In this document: in pieces, positions 39,014-49,200 of the stretch
How positions within the stretch are numbered: position 1 is the stretch's first letter
Layout of the letters: each line of letters begins with the position of its first letter
NCBI GenBank assembly: GCA_965243025.1
Contig: CBDETY010000003.1
Location: forward strand, 4,576,001 to 4,640,000
Origin: Candidatus Latescibacterota bacterium
Lineage (GTDB): Bacteria; Latescibacterota; UBA2968; UBA8231
DNA length: 64,000 nucleotides
Direction: 5' to 3'
Translations under genes and position numbers: made by a program
Notes under the pieces: generated by a model
What the model saw: the letters and a program-made list of their open reading frames with translations, nothing else
Told to the model about the DNA's origin: nothing
The model's database searches: none

Positions 39014-40192
39014 ATGCGCATCGCCCACGTCTGCCCCTGGTTTATCCCCGGGTTGAGCTACCAGGAAAACTTCCTGCCAAGCGAACAAGCGAAACTTGGG
39101 CATGAAGTATGGATACTCACCAGCGACCGCATCCCCCCACGCCTGCCAGCGGCGGTGAAACGGTTTGCCCCGGGCCTCTACGAAGAAGATTCGGTTAAAA
39201 TAATACGTATGCCTTCGATCATGCCGCTGAAGAACAGGGGACAGGTTTTTCTGCGCAACATGCATCCCGCATTGAAAGGAATCGACCCGGATATAGTCCA
39301 CGTACACGGCCTCTGGTTTCTGCCCACGCTGCAGGTAATGACGCGGCGTTACCGTTGCGCCCTGGTGGCCGACGACCATGCGGACAACGGAAACCTTCCC
39401 GCCGGGCCCGGAAATATAATCCGCTTCGGTTTCGCGCGGTGGGTCTGCAGGCGGATACATGGAAACGGCGGCAGGATTTTTTCGGTAAACCCGTTCTCGC
39501 GCTGGTTCGTAACCGAAGTTCTGCGAACGCCCCTCGAGGCGGTCCACTTTCTCCCGCTTGGGATCAACACCCGGTCCTTCTATCCCGATTCCGGAAAGCG
39601 AAGGGAGGGAAGAGAGAAACTCAACCTTACGCCGGAAGCTTTTGTTTTCGTTACTTCGGGCCGGCTGACTTCCGGAAAAGGGTTCGAGCTTCTTTTAGAA
39701 GCTTTTTCGAAAATCCACCGCATTAAAACGACAGCCAGGTTGATGATCATCGGATCGGGATCGCAGGTGTATGAAAGTCAACTGCGCGGTCTCGCGGAAA
39801 CACTGGAAATAGAGAATGCAGTTATCTTTCTCCCCTGGATGTCCCAGGAAGACCTCTGCACAAATTACAACGCTGCCGATGCCGGAGTTCTGCCGGGAAA
39901 GTTGGGTGGAATCAGGGAAATTCTGGCAGTTGCCCGGCCCCTCATCGTTCCCGACCATATGGCGACCCGGTATTTCGTCGACCGGGACAACGGCTCGACA
40001 TTCACCCCGGATAACCCCTCCAGCCTTTCTCAAGTCATGCTGCGCTACATGGAGGATTCCGGCTTGCGGAAAAAGCACGGTGAGAAATCCCTCCTGGCCG
40101 CGCGTGAACACCTTTCCTGGAGGGCGATAGCAGGTGAAAGCCTGCGGGTCTACTCCGAGGTAATCGAGCGTTCATCGAAGGCGGAAAATTGA
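39014..40192 (+). CDS. Glycosyltransferase family 4
   Basis: PDIVHVHG, PLGIN, SGRLTSGKG GT-B pattern; the EX7E motif looks degenerate (LPGKLGGIRE). Confidence 0.85.
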   Translation: MRIAHVCPWFIPGLSYQENFLPSEQAKLGHEVWILTSDRIPPRLPAAVKRFAPGLYEEDSVKIIRMPSIMPLKNRGQVFLRNMHPALKGIDPDIVHVHGLWFLPTLQVMTRRYRCALVADDHADNGNLPAGPGNIIRFGFARWVCRRIHGNGGRIFSVNPFSRWFVTEVLRTPLEAVHFLPLGINTRSFYPDSGKRREGREKLNLTPEAFVFVTSGRLTSGKGFELLLEAFSKIHRIKTTARLMIIGSGSQVYESQLRGLAETLEIENAVIFLPWMSQEDLCTNYNAADAGVLPGKLGGIREILAVARPLIVPDHMATRYFVDRDNGSTFTPDNPSSLSQVMLRYMEDSGLRKKHGEKSLLAAREHLSWRAIAGESLRVYSEVIERSSKAEN

Positions 40193-41865
40193 AAGCGGCA
40201 ATCTCCGACAAGCGCATTGTCTGGCCGGCTTACGGGGCCGTCGTGGTCTTTCTGTCGGCGGTGTACTTCGCCGGCGTCAGGGATTTGGGCCTGGACGTCC
40301 ACGATGCGCAAACCTTCCGGGACAACGCCGCCATCGCGCAGGACTGGGGGTTCTACTTTTCGCCGGAAAAGGAACAACGGACCGGACGGCCGCTGGCCGA
40401 CCTCGTCAAGTATCTCGCCTACGTTGTATGGGGCAACAGCCCTCAAGCCTTTCACCTGCTGGTCGTAGCCGCTCACGCCCTGTCTTCGATCCTTCTGGGC
40501 GTTGTGGCCTGCCTGCTGAACGCCGGACGGTGGACGGCCATGGCGGGCGGGCTGCTGTTTCTCGTAAACGTCTCCCACTTCCAGGCCGTTCACCACATTT
40601 CCGCCCTGGACTATCCCCTGGGCCTGCTGCTGATGTTGTTCGGCCTGTTGTGCTACGAACGCCGGCTTTCGGGCGGGCGGAGCTGGTGGTGGGGAACCTA
40701 CGCCGGAGTGCTGCTGGCACCGCTGGCGCACGCTTCGACGGCGTTTGTCTGGCCCGTTTTCCCGTTGTTCGCCCTTGTGCGCGCCGGCAGGTCCGCGCTG
40801 CGGCCCTTGCTGCCCCTGCTGGGCCTGTTGACCCTGGAGATGGTTCTGTTGGTGGCCTTCATGCCGGAAACCACCAGCACCGGCCGGGCCTTCGACTTGT
40901 TCGCGGCGGGGGACTTTCTCGACCTGATCTCCGGTATCGCTTTTTCCGCCCTATGGCTGTCGGGCAGACTGCTGACAACGGCCCACTGGATCGGAGTTCC
41001 CCTGTACGAACGGGTATTTCTGGACCCATACATCGGGGCGGGGGTCGGCCTGGTGTTGGCAGTCCTGGTCTTCCGAATGAGGGCCCCGGCCAGCATATGG
41101 GCCGCATGGAGCCTTCTGGCCCTGACCCCTTTCCTGCTCATGTCCCACGACCCGGTGCTCAACGACAGGGTGTGGGCCTGTACCCGCTATCTGTACGCTG
41201 CTTCGGCTGGCACTTCCGTGCTGCTTGCCCTCGGGTTGGCCCGGGCGGGAAGATTCCTTGGCCCCTGGGGGCCCTGGTTTCAGGGCGGCGCCACGGCGGC
41301 CCTGTTGGTCAGCAGCTACCTCGCCCTGAAGCAGGCCGAGGGCCTCTCCCTGTTTTCGTCGGGTCGCAACTATGTAGCCCGAGGGGATTATGCCACCGGC
41401 CTTGCCCAATTGAAGCGAGCCATCCACCAGGGGCCGGATGCCATCGACCTGGAGTTCACATACGCCCACGTCTGCTTCCTGACCATTGGCGACCGGGGGC
41501 ATCGGTTCTTCCTGCGGCAGGCCCTCGATGCGTACCCGACCCATCCCCTGCTGAATCTGCTATGGCCGGTAGTCCGCTCGATGGATGCGGATTCCACGAT
41601 CGCGACACCGGCCTGGGACCGGTTGAAGCTGCTGCGGGACAGCTCTCCCGAGACCCGCATACAGCTTACCCCGGGGGTCTGGGTACTGGCGTCGAACGCA
41701 AAAAGCGACGTAGCCGCCGCCTATCACAAAGTGGGCAACGGTTTTCGATCGGAAGGGGATTTCGACAGGGCTGTCCTGGCGTATTCCCGGTCCCTGATGT
41801 TCCGCCCGGACAGGGTTCAAACCAGGCAGGCCCTGGCGGAGCTGAGAGACCGCGGGTCCCCCTGA
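40189..41865 (+). CDS. Polytopic membrane protein with C-terminal TPR (GT-C / TMTC-like)
   Basis: TTG start overlapping the upstream TGA; acidic loop LDVHD after TM1, RPL...AFHL, RYLY motif, C-terminal TPR helices. Confidence 0.7.
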   Translation: MKAAISDKRIVWPAYGAVVVFLSAVYFAGVRDLGLDVHDAQTFRDNAAIAQDWGFYFSPEKEQRTGRPLADLVKYLAYVVWGNSPQAFHLLVVAAHALSSILLGVVACLLNAGRWTAMAGGLLFLVNVSHFQAVHHISALDYPLGLLLMLFGLLCYERRLSGGRSWWWGTYAGVLLAPLAHASTAFVWPVFPLFALVRAGRSALRPLLPLLGLLTLEMVLLVAFMPETTSTGRAFDLFAAGDFLDLISGIAFSALWLSGRLLTTAHWIGVPLYERVFLDPYIGAGVGLVLAVLVFRMRAPASIWAAWSLLALTPFLLMSHDPVLNDRVWACTRYLYAASAGTSVLLALGLARAGRFLGPWGPWFQGGATAALLVSSYLALKQAEGLSLFSSGRNYVARGDYATGLAQLKRAIHQGPDAIDLEFTYAHVCFLTIGDRGHRFFLRQALDAYPTHPLLNLLWPVVRSMDADSTIATPAWDRLKLLRDSSPETRIQLTPGVWVLASNAKSDVAAAYHKVGNGFRSEGDFDRAVLAYSRSLMFRPDRVQTRQALAELRDRGSP

Positions 41866-41959
41866 CGGTTGGATGGACATGTCGGTCGGAGGCCGCGGTA
41901 AATTGAATTCAATCTTAAAAAAGCGGGTCTGAAAAAAGGACCCGGTAAGGACTGCCATC

Positions 41960-43111
41960 TTGTCGGCGCCGGAGACCATCCTCGTCGGATCGCTGCCTCC
42001 CCCTCTCACGGGGCAAACCATCGCATTTCAGATTGCCTGTGAAGGTTTCGAGGAGCGCTGCCTCCCCTGCCGGGTGATCGACCTCAGCGGGGGCGGTCAC
42101 ACAAAACCGGAAGGAGGATTCTCTCTGAGCCGGTCGATGCAGCTCCTAAAACCTTTCCGCCGGGCGTTCGTTCTGTTGTTCGGCAGGAAAGTCCTGTATC
42201 TCAGCGCAACGCAGAACTGGGCGGGGTTTCTCAGGGACGCGGTATTCATCCTCCTGGCATCCCTCGGCAGACAGCGAATAGTCATCCACCTTCAGGGAGG
42301 CAATTACGACGGCTTCCACGACTCCCTGGGACCCTTGCGGAAGTACGCTGTCCGCGCCGTCCTGAGCCGCGTCGACCGAATCCTTGTCCTTGGCAAAAGT
42401 CTGTACGGGATGTTCGATTTCGACCCTTCCCTGCAGCAAAAACTGCGTGTCGTGTTCAATGGCCTGCCCTACCCGGAAACCGAAACCGCCCAGGTACCGA
42501 AGCGTTTGCCCGCGAGGGCGCAGGATCGCCCGAGACTCCTCTATCTCTCCAACCTGATCGTCAGCAAAGGGTACCTGCAGGTGCTCGACGCCCTGCGCAT
42601 CCTCGTGCACCAGCGCGGAATCGATGCCGAATGTCATTTCTGCGGCAGCTTCGTCCTGTCCTCGGACATCCGCCCGTACTCCACCCCCGATGAAGCGGAG
42701 TCGGACTTTCTCGACCGCATCGAAAAATCCGGTCTGACCCGGCATGCCTTCTGGCACGGACCTGTCGATGGAGACGAGAAGCTTCGTTTCCTCCGGGACA
42801 GTCACTTCTTTTTGCTGCCGACCTGCTACGCGTACGAAGCTCAGCCGATATCGATCATCGAAGCTCTTGCTTTCGGGCTGGTCGTTGTCGCGACACCCCA
42901 TCGCACCATACCTGAAATGATGGCGGGAAGCGCGGGAGAGTCGGTTCAGTTCGGCAGACCGGATGAAATCGCAGACGCGGTTGAATCGCATGTAAAAAAC
43001 CCTGGCAAATTCGAAGCCGGGAGCCGGGCTTCCATCGCGCGTTACCGCGGTTCGTTCACGAGGGAACAACACCTCGACAGGCTGGTTCCCCTGATTCTGG
43101 ACAGCGGCTGA
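41960..43111 (+). CDS. Glycosyltransferase family 4
   Basis: YLSNLIVSKG, FLLPT..YEAQPISIIEALAFG (EX7E). Confidence 0.9.
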   Translation: MSAPETILVGSLPPPLTGQTIAFQIACEGFEERCLPCRVIDLSGGGHTKPEGGFSLSRSMQLLKPFRRAFVLLFGRKVLYLSATQNWAGFLRDAVFILLASLGRQRIVIHLQGGNYDGFHDSLGPLRKYAVRAVLSRVDRILVLGKSLYGMFDFDPSLQQKLRVVFNGLPYPETETAQVPKRLPARAQDRPRLLYLSNLIVSKGYLQVLDALRILVHQRGIDAECHFCGSFVLSSDIRPYSTPDEAESDFLDRIEKSGLTRHAFWHGPVDGDEKLRFLRDSHFFLLPTCYAYEAQPISIIEALAFGLVVVATPHRTIPEMMAGSAGESVQFGRPDEIADAVESHVKNPGKFEAGSRASIARYRGSFTREQHLDRLVPLILDSG

Positions 43112-43213
43112 ATCCTTCCTTTACGCTTTATCGACTTTTCGGTTTCCCGGATGCCGCGGGGGTCCTGCGGCCCCGAGATCATCTTTCCGGGGAGACTCCC
43201 ACCGCGACCGAGG

Positions 43214-46078
43214 TCAGTCGAAAGTTTCCCAATAAAGGACGATGTCGGTCAGTCCAAGATCTGCGGGGCCGTCGTAGTGCAGTAGACAGAAGATGTCCTG
43301 GGGCTGGTTCAGAACGAACTTCAATCGGCGGGCGCGCTCCCCGGCAATGGGAATGGACAGAAACCAGGGAGGGTGAACCCCTTCCTGCACAGGACGCAAG
43401 TAGTCGGAGCTTTCCACCGTTGCCCACTTTCCTTGGTCCAATTTTGAACTGAACCACTCCGAATTGAAAGAACCGGAGCTCACTGCTGTCCGGAACGGCA
43501 CAGGGTTGCGCTCAAACAAGGAACGGAATGCGGAAACAGCTGAAACAGTAAGGTTGAAGCGAACTCGGTAATGGCCTTCGGGGAGGTTGGAAAAACGGAC
43601 CGCCGTCTGGAGGGAGCCCTCCTTGATCTCGGGTGCGAAGCGCTTGATCTCGACTGAACTCGGTTCGGTTCCGGATGGCGTGAAGGTGGCTCGGATCCCA
43701 TCAAGCGCCAAATTCCCATGTCCCGAATACTCATAATGGATACGGTTTACTCCAAGCCTGTCGATCGTGAATGGGAACAACTGATTCCCGTCGACCTCGC
43801 CGCCGATGAGTGGATAGCTGGTACGGTTACCCCAGGAAGAGATCGCTGGTAACGTATTTCCAAGAGTAAAGACAATATGACCGGAGACCTGTCCCTCCGG
43901 CGGTTCGACGCGCAGACCTGGGAAAGTCATCTCGTAAAGTCCGGAATGCGCTACCCTTGGAATCCATGAGGAGTTGACTATCCCCGCTGAAGTCACACCG
44001 GGACGGGCTAAAAGGCTGCCGTCAGGTAGAGCTGCCTTTTCCATCGGGTTCAAGGGGATCGAGAAATTCAAGCTCCCCACCCCCGTTCCGGCTTCCGTTC
44101 CCGTTTTTTGAAAATTGGTCGGCGACAAGCTGTGGGGCAGCCTGAGGGCCAGCGTGTCGCTACGGCTCCACAGAAAGGGTGCAAAAGCGGCCGCGGCGAC
44201 CAGTCCCCAGCCGATCAGGCCTGACCTGCCCGTGCCAGGGCCGGCGCGGAATAACAGCGCTGCCAACAACAACGCCCAGAAAGCGATGTCTAGCAGGGGC
44301 AGCTCCACCTGCTCCGGTGGAAAGAAATGTTGATGAAGCGGATAGAAGTGATTGATGGAACGATTCCTCAGATTTATCCCTTCGTATCCGCCCTCGGGCA
44401 CCGGGAGAGTATCGAGCACTCCTTCGACGCTGACGGCGAGGGATAGCGCGACAAAAAAGGCAACCGCCGCCGATCGCTTCACCAGCTTCAAACCCCAGGC
44501 AAGCCCCAAGACCAGAACGGGAAGCGCCGTCACCAGAAAGCGGGCTGGAAAGCAGAAGCCAAAGACCCAGTTCGAATGCAGACCATTGATTACAGCCGTA
44601 GCGGAATAGATACCGACCGCGACGACCACGCGCCGGTCGCGCATTCGCGCGAGAGCCACCAAGCCGAACAGGGCAAAGAAGAAAATTGGCGAACTGTTGA
44701 GAATACCTTTGTTCACATGGAGCAAGTGCCCGGGCAGGGAGATGCTCCAATTGGTGATATCGAGAGCGTCTTCCTCCCAAGCCCCGCTGCCTGGCCTTAT
44801 CGGACCCATCCAATCGCTGCTGAATGCGTAGTGGAACGAAATGAGAGCGTACAGACCAACAGCGACCACCAACCCGACCACCGAAAGGGCGAGATTCCTC
44901 CGGGGGCTGTGCCAGGCCTGCAGCAGGACACCCGCCCCGCAGAGGAGACCTAAAAGGGCAAGGCGGGGGTGAAGGAAGGGAAGGCAGCACAATAGCAGGG
45001 TCAGCAGACCAAGCAGCGGTACCTCGCAGAACCCCCAGGATCGATACGAACCACCCGGTACCTGCCAGTGAGCCAGAGCCACCAAGGCTACCAGGGCGAT
45101 CAGCAAAGCCGGGATTTCGGGAAAGAGTTGGTTGGTGAATAGAAAAAAGGGTGCCGTAATCGCCATGATTCCGGTAGCCAGCAGCGATGCCCAGAACTCG
45201 ACCCCCAATCGTCTCAGGAGAAGAAAGGTCAGAGGAACGCACAGGCTGGCCAGCAACGCCATGAACAGCGCCGTGGCAAGGCGTGGGTTTTTCCATTGCT
45301 CCAAACCCAACCAGTAGGCAGGCACGAGGGCGACGGAGAGCCCGATGGGATGCACGGAGTGCACCTTCCCCTCTGGGGAGGCGGGGGCTTTGTTTACCCC
45401 GAAATGTGAAACATGATATTCGCCGATATTTTCAGCATCGAGGTTGTTGGCCAAGTCCATGTCACCGTCGTGCAGCAGGCTTTGAGTAACGCGCAGGTAC
45501 TGGCCCTCGTCGCCATGCAGCATGGTGACCTGGCAGAAGTAGAGAGTGTAGAGGAAGTACAGCGGCAGGCAGCAGACGAGCAGGGAACCGGCTGTATACC
45601 CCGTTGGAATTCCTTTTTGCCCGTTTGCGGGCGGCAGATGCACGTAACCCAAAAAGACAAGCGCCACTGCCCACAGAGCGTGCGGGGACCAGAGCAGAGT
45701 CAGGAAAGGGAAGACATACACGATCGGATCAAGAAGAGAAACCAGACGCAACGCCAGCAGAACCACAGCAAGCAGGGTAGCGCTACGCAATCGATCCTGG
45801 AGTTGTTGCCCGCGAGAAAGGAAGCGATAGCGCACCCATGACAGAACCAGCCCGGCAATGCCGACAGCAACCGGGCCAATGGGCAACTGCAGACGGTATT
45901 CCCCTGTGGCAACCGCCAGACGCAACTCTTCCGTCGCCGCGGCGATGAGGGGCTCGAATCCACTCAGCGCCAACCATGAGCAGAAGATTCCGATCGCCAG
46001 GCCAAGGTCGATAAAAAACGGCCGCTCCGGGGGGCGAATAACTCGATTGATGAAACGCAGCGGGTCTTTGGCGATCAC
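43214..46078 (-). CDS. Large polytopic membrane protein, GT-C (PMT-like) core plus periplasmic C-terminal domains
   Basis: GDEGQY acidic loop, HSVHPIGLS, FPEIP, PARFLV motifs typical of GT-C membrane glycosyltransferases; lower GC than the flanks. Confidence 0.7.
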   Translation of the reverse strand: MIAKDPLRFINRVIRPPERPFFIDLGLAIGIFCSWLALSGFEPLIAAATEELRLAVATGEYRLQLPIGPVAVGIAGLVLSWVRYRFLSRGQQLQDRLRSATLLAVVLLALRLVSLLDPIVYVFPFLTLLWSPHALWAVALVFLGYVHLPPANGQKGIPTGYTAGSLLVCCLPLYFLYTLYFCQVTMLHGDEGQYLRVTQSLLHDGDMDLANNLDAENIGEYHVSHFGVNKAPASPEGKVHSVHPIGLSVALVPAYWLGLEQWKNPRLATALFMALLASLCVPLTFLLLRRLGVEFWASLLATGIMAITAPFFLFTNQLFPEIPALLIALVALVALAHWQVPGGSYRSWGFCEVPLLGLLTLLLCCLPFLHPRLALLGLLCGAGVLLQAWHSPRRNLALSVVGLVVAVGLYALISFHYAFSSDWMGPIRPGSGAWEEDALDITNWSISLPGHLLHVNKGILNSSPIFFFALFGLVALARMRDRRVVVAVGIYSATAVINGLHSNWVFGFCFPARFLVTALPVLVLGLAWGLKLVKRSAAVAFFVALSLAVSVEGVLDTLPVPEGGYEGINLRNRSINHFYPLHQHFFPPEQVELPLLDIAFWALLLAALLFRAGPGTGRSGLIGWGLVAAAAFAPFLWSRSDTLALRLPHSLSPTNFQKTGTEAGTGVGSLNFSIPLNPMEKAALPDGSLLARPGVTSAGIVNSSWIPRVAHSGLYEMTFPGLRVEPPEGQVSGHIVFTLGNTLPAISSWGNRTSYPLIGGEVDGNQLFPFTIDRLGVNRIHYEYSGHGNLALDGIRATFTPSGTEPSSVEIKRFAPEIKEGSLQTAVRFSNLPEGHYRVRFNLTVSAVSAFRSLFERNPVPFRTAVSSGSFNSEWFSSKLDQGKWATVESSDYLRPVQEGVHPPWFLSIPIAGERARRLKFVLNQPQDIFCLLHYDGPADLGLTDIVLYWETFD

Positions 46079-46205
46079 TCAGGTACCCTTCGTCTGAGGG
46101 CTAGTTATCGAAAACAACGCAGGCGCGAATTAATCAAATCGAGTTTGAAAAGCGAACTCTTGACACTCCGAAGAAGGTAAGGGAGTTTGCACCGGCTCGT
46201 CCCAA

Positions 46206-46226
46206 GCTTCCCAGCGGCTGGGAAGC
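46206..46226. promoter_or_regulatory. Perfect palindrome, candidate operator
   Basis: GCTTCCCAGC-g-GCTGGGAAGC in the divergent intergenic region, just before the 46237 CDS and downstream of a TTGACA at 46160. Confidence 0.4.
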
Positions 46227-46236
46227 GGCGCTCCCT

Positions 46237-49200
46237 ATGACCATCCTAAAGGAGGGCGAATCGGCGGGAGCCAAGCACGGAAGGCGCGAGACTCCGCCGA
46301 AGAAATCGCTTCCTATGACAAGACGGTCGATCCGGGTGGAAGGTCATCGCCGGGGGCTGAAACGAGTTACCGGTGCCCTGATTGTCATCGGGTTGGTAAT
46401 GGGCCTGCATTTCGGGCCGGTTCCGCCGCTCGAGGGCCGGGCGCACTTGGTGTCCTGGGAAGCGGCCGGGGACGACCCCCTGCTTCAGGGTCGGGTCAGG
46501 TTTCCGTCGGGGCAGCCCGTCGCCGGGGCGCGGGTGATGCTCTTCGACCTGGACGGCCTGCACCGGGTGGCGGCCGCGACAACGGATGAAAGCGGCTGGT
46601 TTTCGCTGACAGCGCAAGCGTCGGCCCCCGCCTTGCCGGAACGGTTTCACCTCGGACAGAACTACCCCAATCCGTTCAATCCTTCCACGGTAATCCCGTA
46701 TGAACTTCCGGCCGCGGCCCGCGTCCGGCTGGAGGTGTTCAATCTTCTCGGGCAGCGGGTTGCGACCCTGGTGGACGAGGAACGCCCGGCAGGATCTCAC
46801 TCGGCGCGGTGGGACGGAACGGATTCGGCGGGGCGCGCCGTGGGAGCGGGGGTGTACCTCTACCGGCTCCAGGGGGGCGGGATGAGCGCTACCCGGCGCA
46901 TGCTGCTGATCGATGGGCAGGCGGGCATCCCTGCTTCCGAAGCGTCCTCCGGGGGCATCCCGGAAGAGGGCAGGGAGGGCGTGGAGGCGGCGGCGCCCGT
47001 CTTCGGCCTGACCGTCTCGGGTGCGGGGCTGATCACCCATGTGAACCCGGCCTTCCGGATCGAGGCAGGCGGGGGAGCGGTCGACCTTGTGGTCGAAAAG
47101 GCCGGGCACCCTCGAGGGAAGGTTGCTGCGAGCGGAATGGCCGGCGACGTGGACAACAACGGCCGGGTCGATGTCGTCGACGCCCTGCTGGTGGCCCTGT
47201 ACATCCTCGACAGCTCCCTGATCCTTCCCAACAACGGCGACATATCCCGCGGGGACGTAAACAGCGACGGCCGCATTGATACCGCCGACTTGTGGCTGAT
47301 CCTCACCAACTACGTGCTGCCGGGGCCGACACCGAGCGGGAAGATGTACTGGACCGCAGAGGGGCCGCCCAGGATTCAACGCGCCGACCTCGACGGGTCC
47401 AACGTCGAAGACCTCGTCACCTCCGGCCTGGTCAATCCGCGGGGACTGGCCCTGGATGCGGCGGGGGGAAAGATGTACTGGCTGGACAGGGGAACCGGCA
47501 AGCTCCAGCGGGCCGACCTCGACGGGTCCAACGTCGAAGACCTCGTCACCACCGGGTTGCAACATCCCCTGAGCCTGGCCCTGGATGCGGCGGCGGGAAA
47601 GGTCTACTGGCTGGACCATCGAACGGCCAGGATCCTGCGGGCCAACCTCGACGGATCCAACGTGGAGTCTCTCGTCTCCACAGGGCGTCAGCCGGAAGGG
47701 CTGGCCCTGGATGCGGCGGGGGGAAAGTTGTACTGGATGACCGTGGGGACGGACAGGATTCATCGGGCCAACCTCGACGGGTCGAATGTCGAAGACCTCG
47801 TCACCACCGGGTTGGACAGCCCATCGGGTCTGGCGCTGGACCTGGCTGCGGGAAAGATGTACTGGACCGACTCCGGCACCGACAGGATCCAGCGGGCAAA
47901 TCTCGACGGGTCCAACGTCGAAGACCTCGTCACCACCGGATTGCGACAACCCGAGGAGCTGGCCCTGGATGTCGGGGCGGGAAAGATGTACTGGGCGGAC
48001 TGGAACACGGGAAAGATTCAACGGGCCAACCTCGACGGATCGAGCGTCGAGGACCTACTCAGTGCCGGACCCGGCGGGCCCTATGGGCTGGCCCTGGAAA
48101 TTCCATCCGCCGATGGACAGGCCGCCGGAACCGCCACCCTGGAGCCGGACCCGTCCACGGTGGTCCTGGAAAACGACGGGAGGTGGCGGGCGTTCTCGGT
48201 CCGGGCGGGCGCGCCGGTCGTCGTTACCGCCAACCCTGCCGGAACCACTCCCCGGGTCGAGATCACCGGCATAGAAGCCGCCTCCAACCAGTGCCCCGCC
48301 GAATCGGAAGAGGAGGTGGAGCGCCACGACGGGGAGACGGTCTACCTGGCCGGGTGCGCCGCGGGCCAGGCCACGGTGAAGCTGCGGCGGGCTGCCGACC
48401 AGACGTTGCTGCGCACCTACACCTTCACGATATCGCAACCTTTACCGGCTTCCACGGTGTCGTCGAAGATGTACTGGACGAGCCCGGGAAAGATTCAACG
48501 CGCGGACCGGGACGGCACCAATGTCGAAGACCTCGTCACCTTTGGTTCTCCGAGGAACCTTGCCCTGGATATGCTGGCCGGCAAGATGTACTGGACCGAC
48601 ACCGGCACACGTAAAATCTGGCGAGCCGACCTCGACGGCTCCCAGGTGGAGAGCCTGATCTCTTCTGGATTGATAAGCCCCGTCGGTCTCGCCCTGGATG
48701 TCGACGCCGGCAAGATCTACTGGACCGACACCGGCTCCAACAGAATCCAGAGGGCCAACCTCGACGGCTCCCAGGTCGAATACCTGGTTTCCCTCGGGTT
48801 GCACAGTCCCGAAGGGCTCGCCCTCGATGCGGACCGGGGCAAGATCTACTGGTCCGACTACGGCACCAATAAAATCCAGCGTGCCAATCTCGACGGCTCC
48901 CAGGTCGAAGAGCTCGTCACCACCGGATTGCGCAGCCCCGAGGGGTTGGCTCTGGATGCAGACGCAGGAAAGATGTACTGGGCGGATTACACCACAGACA
49001 AGATCCAGCGCGCCAATCTCGACGGCTCCCAAGTCGAGGATCTCGTCACCGCCGGATTGAGTATCCCCAGGGATCTCGCCCTGGAGGCCGCCGCCGGCAA
49101 GATCTACTGGACCGATTCCGGCACCGGAAAGATCCAGCGCGCCAACCTCGACGGCTCCCAGGTCGAGGACCTACTGTCTGCCAGCGAGTCGAGCGCCCCC

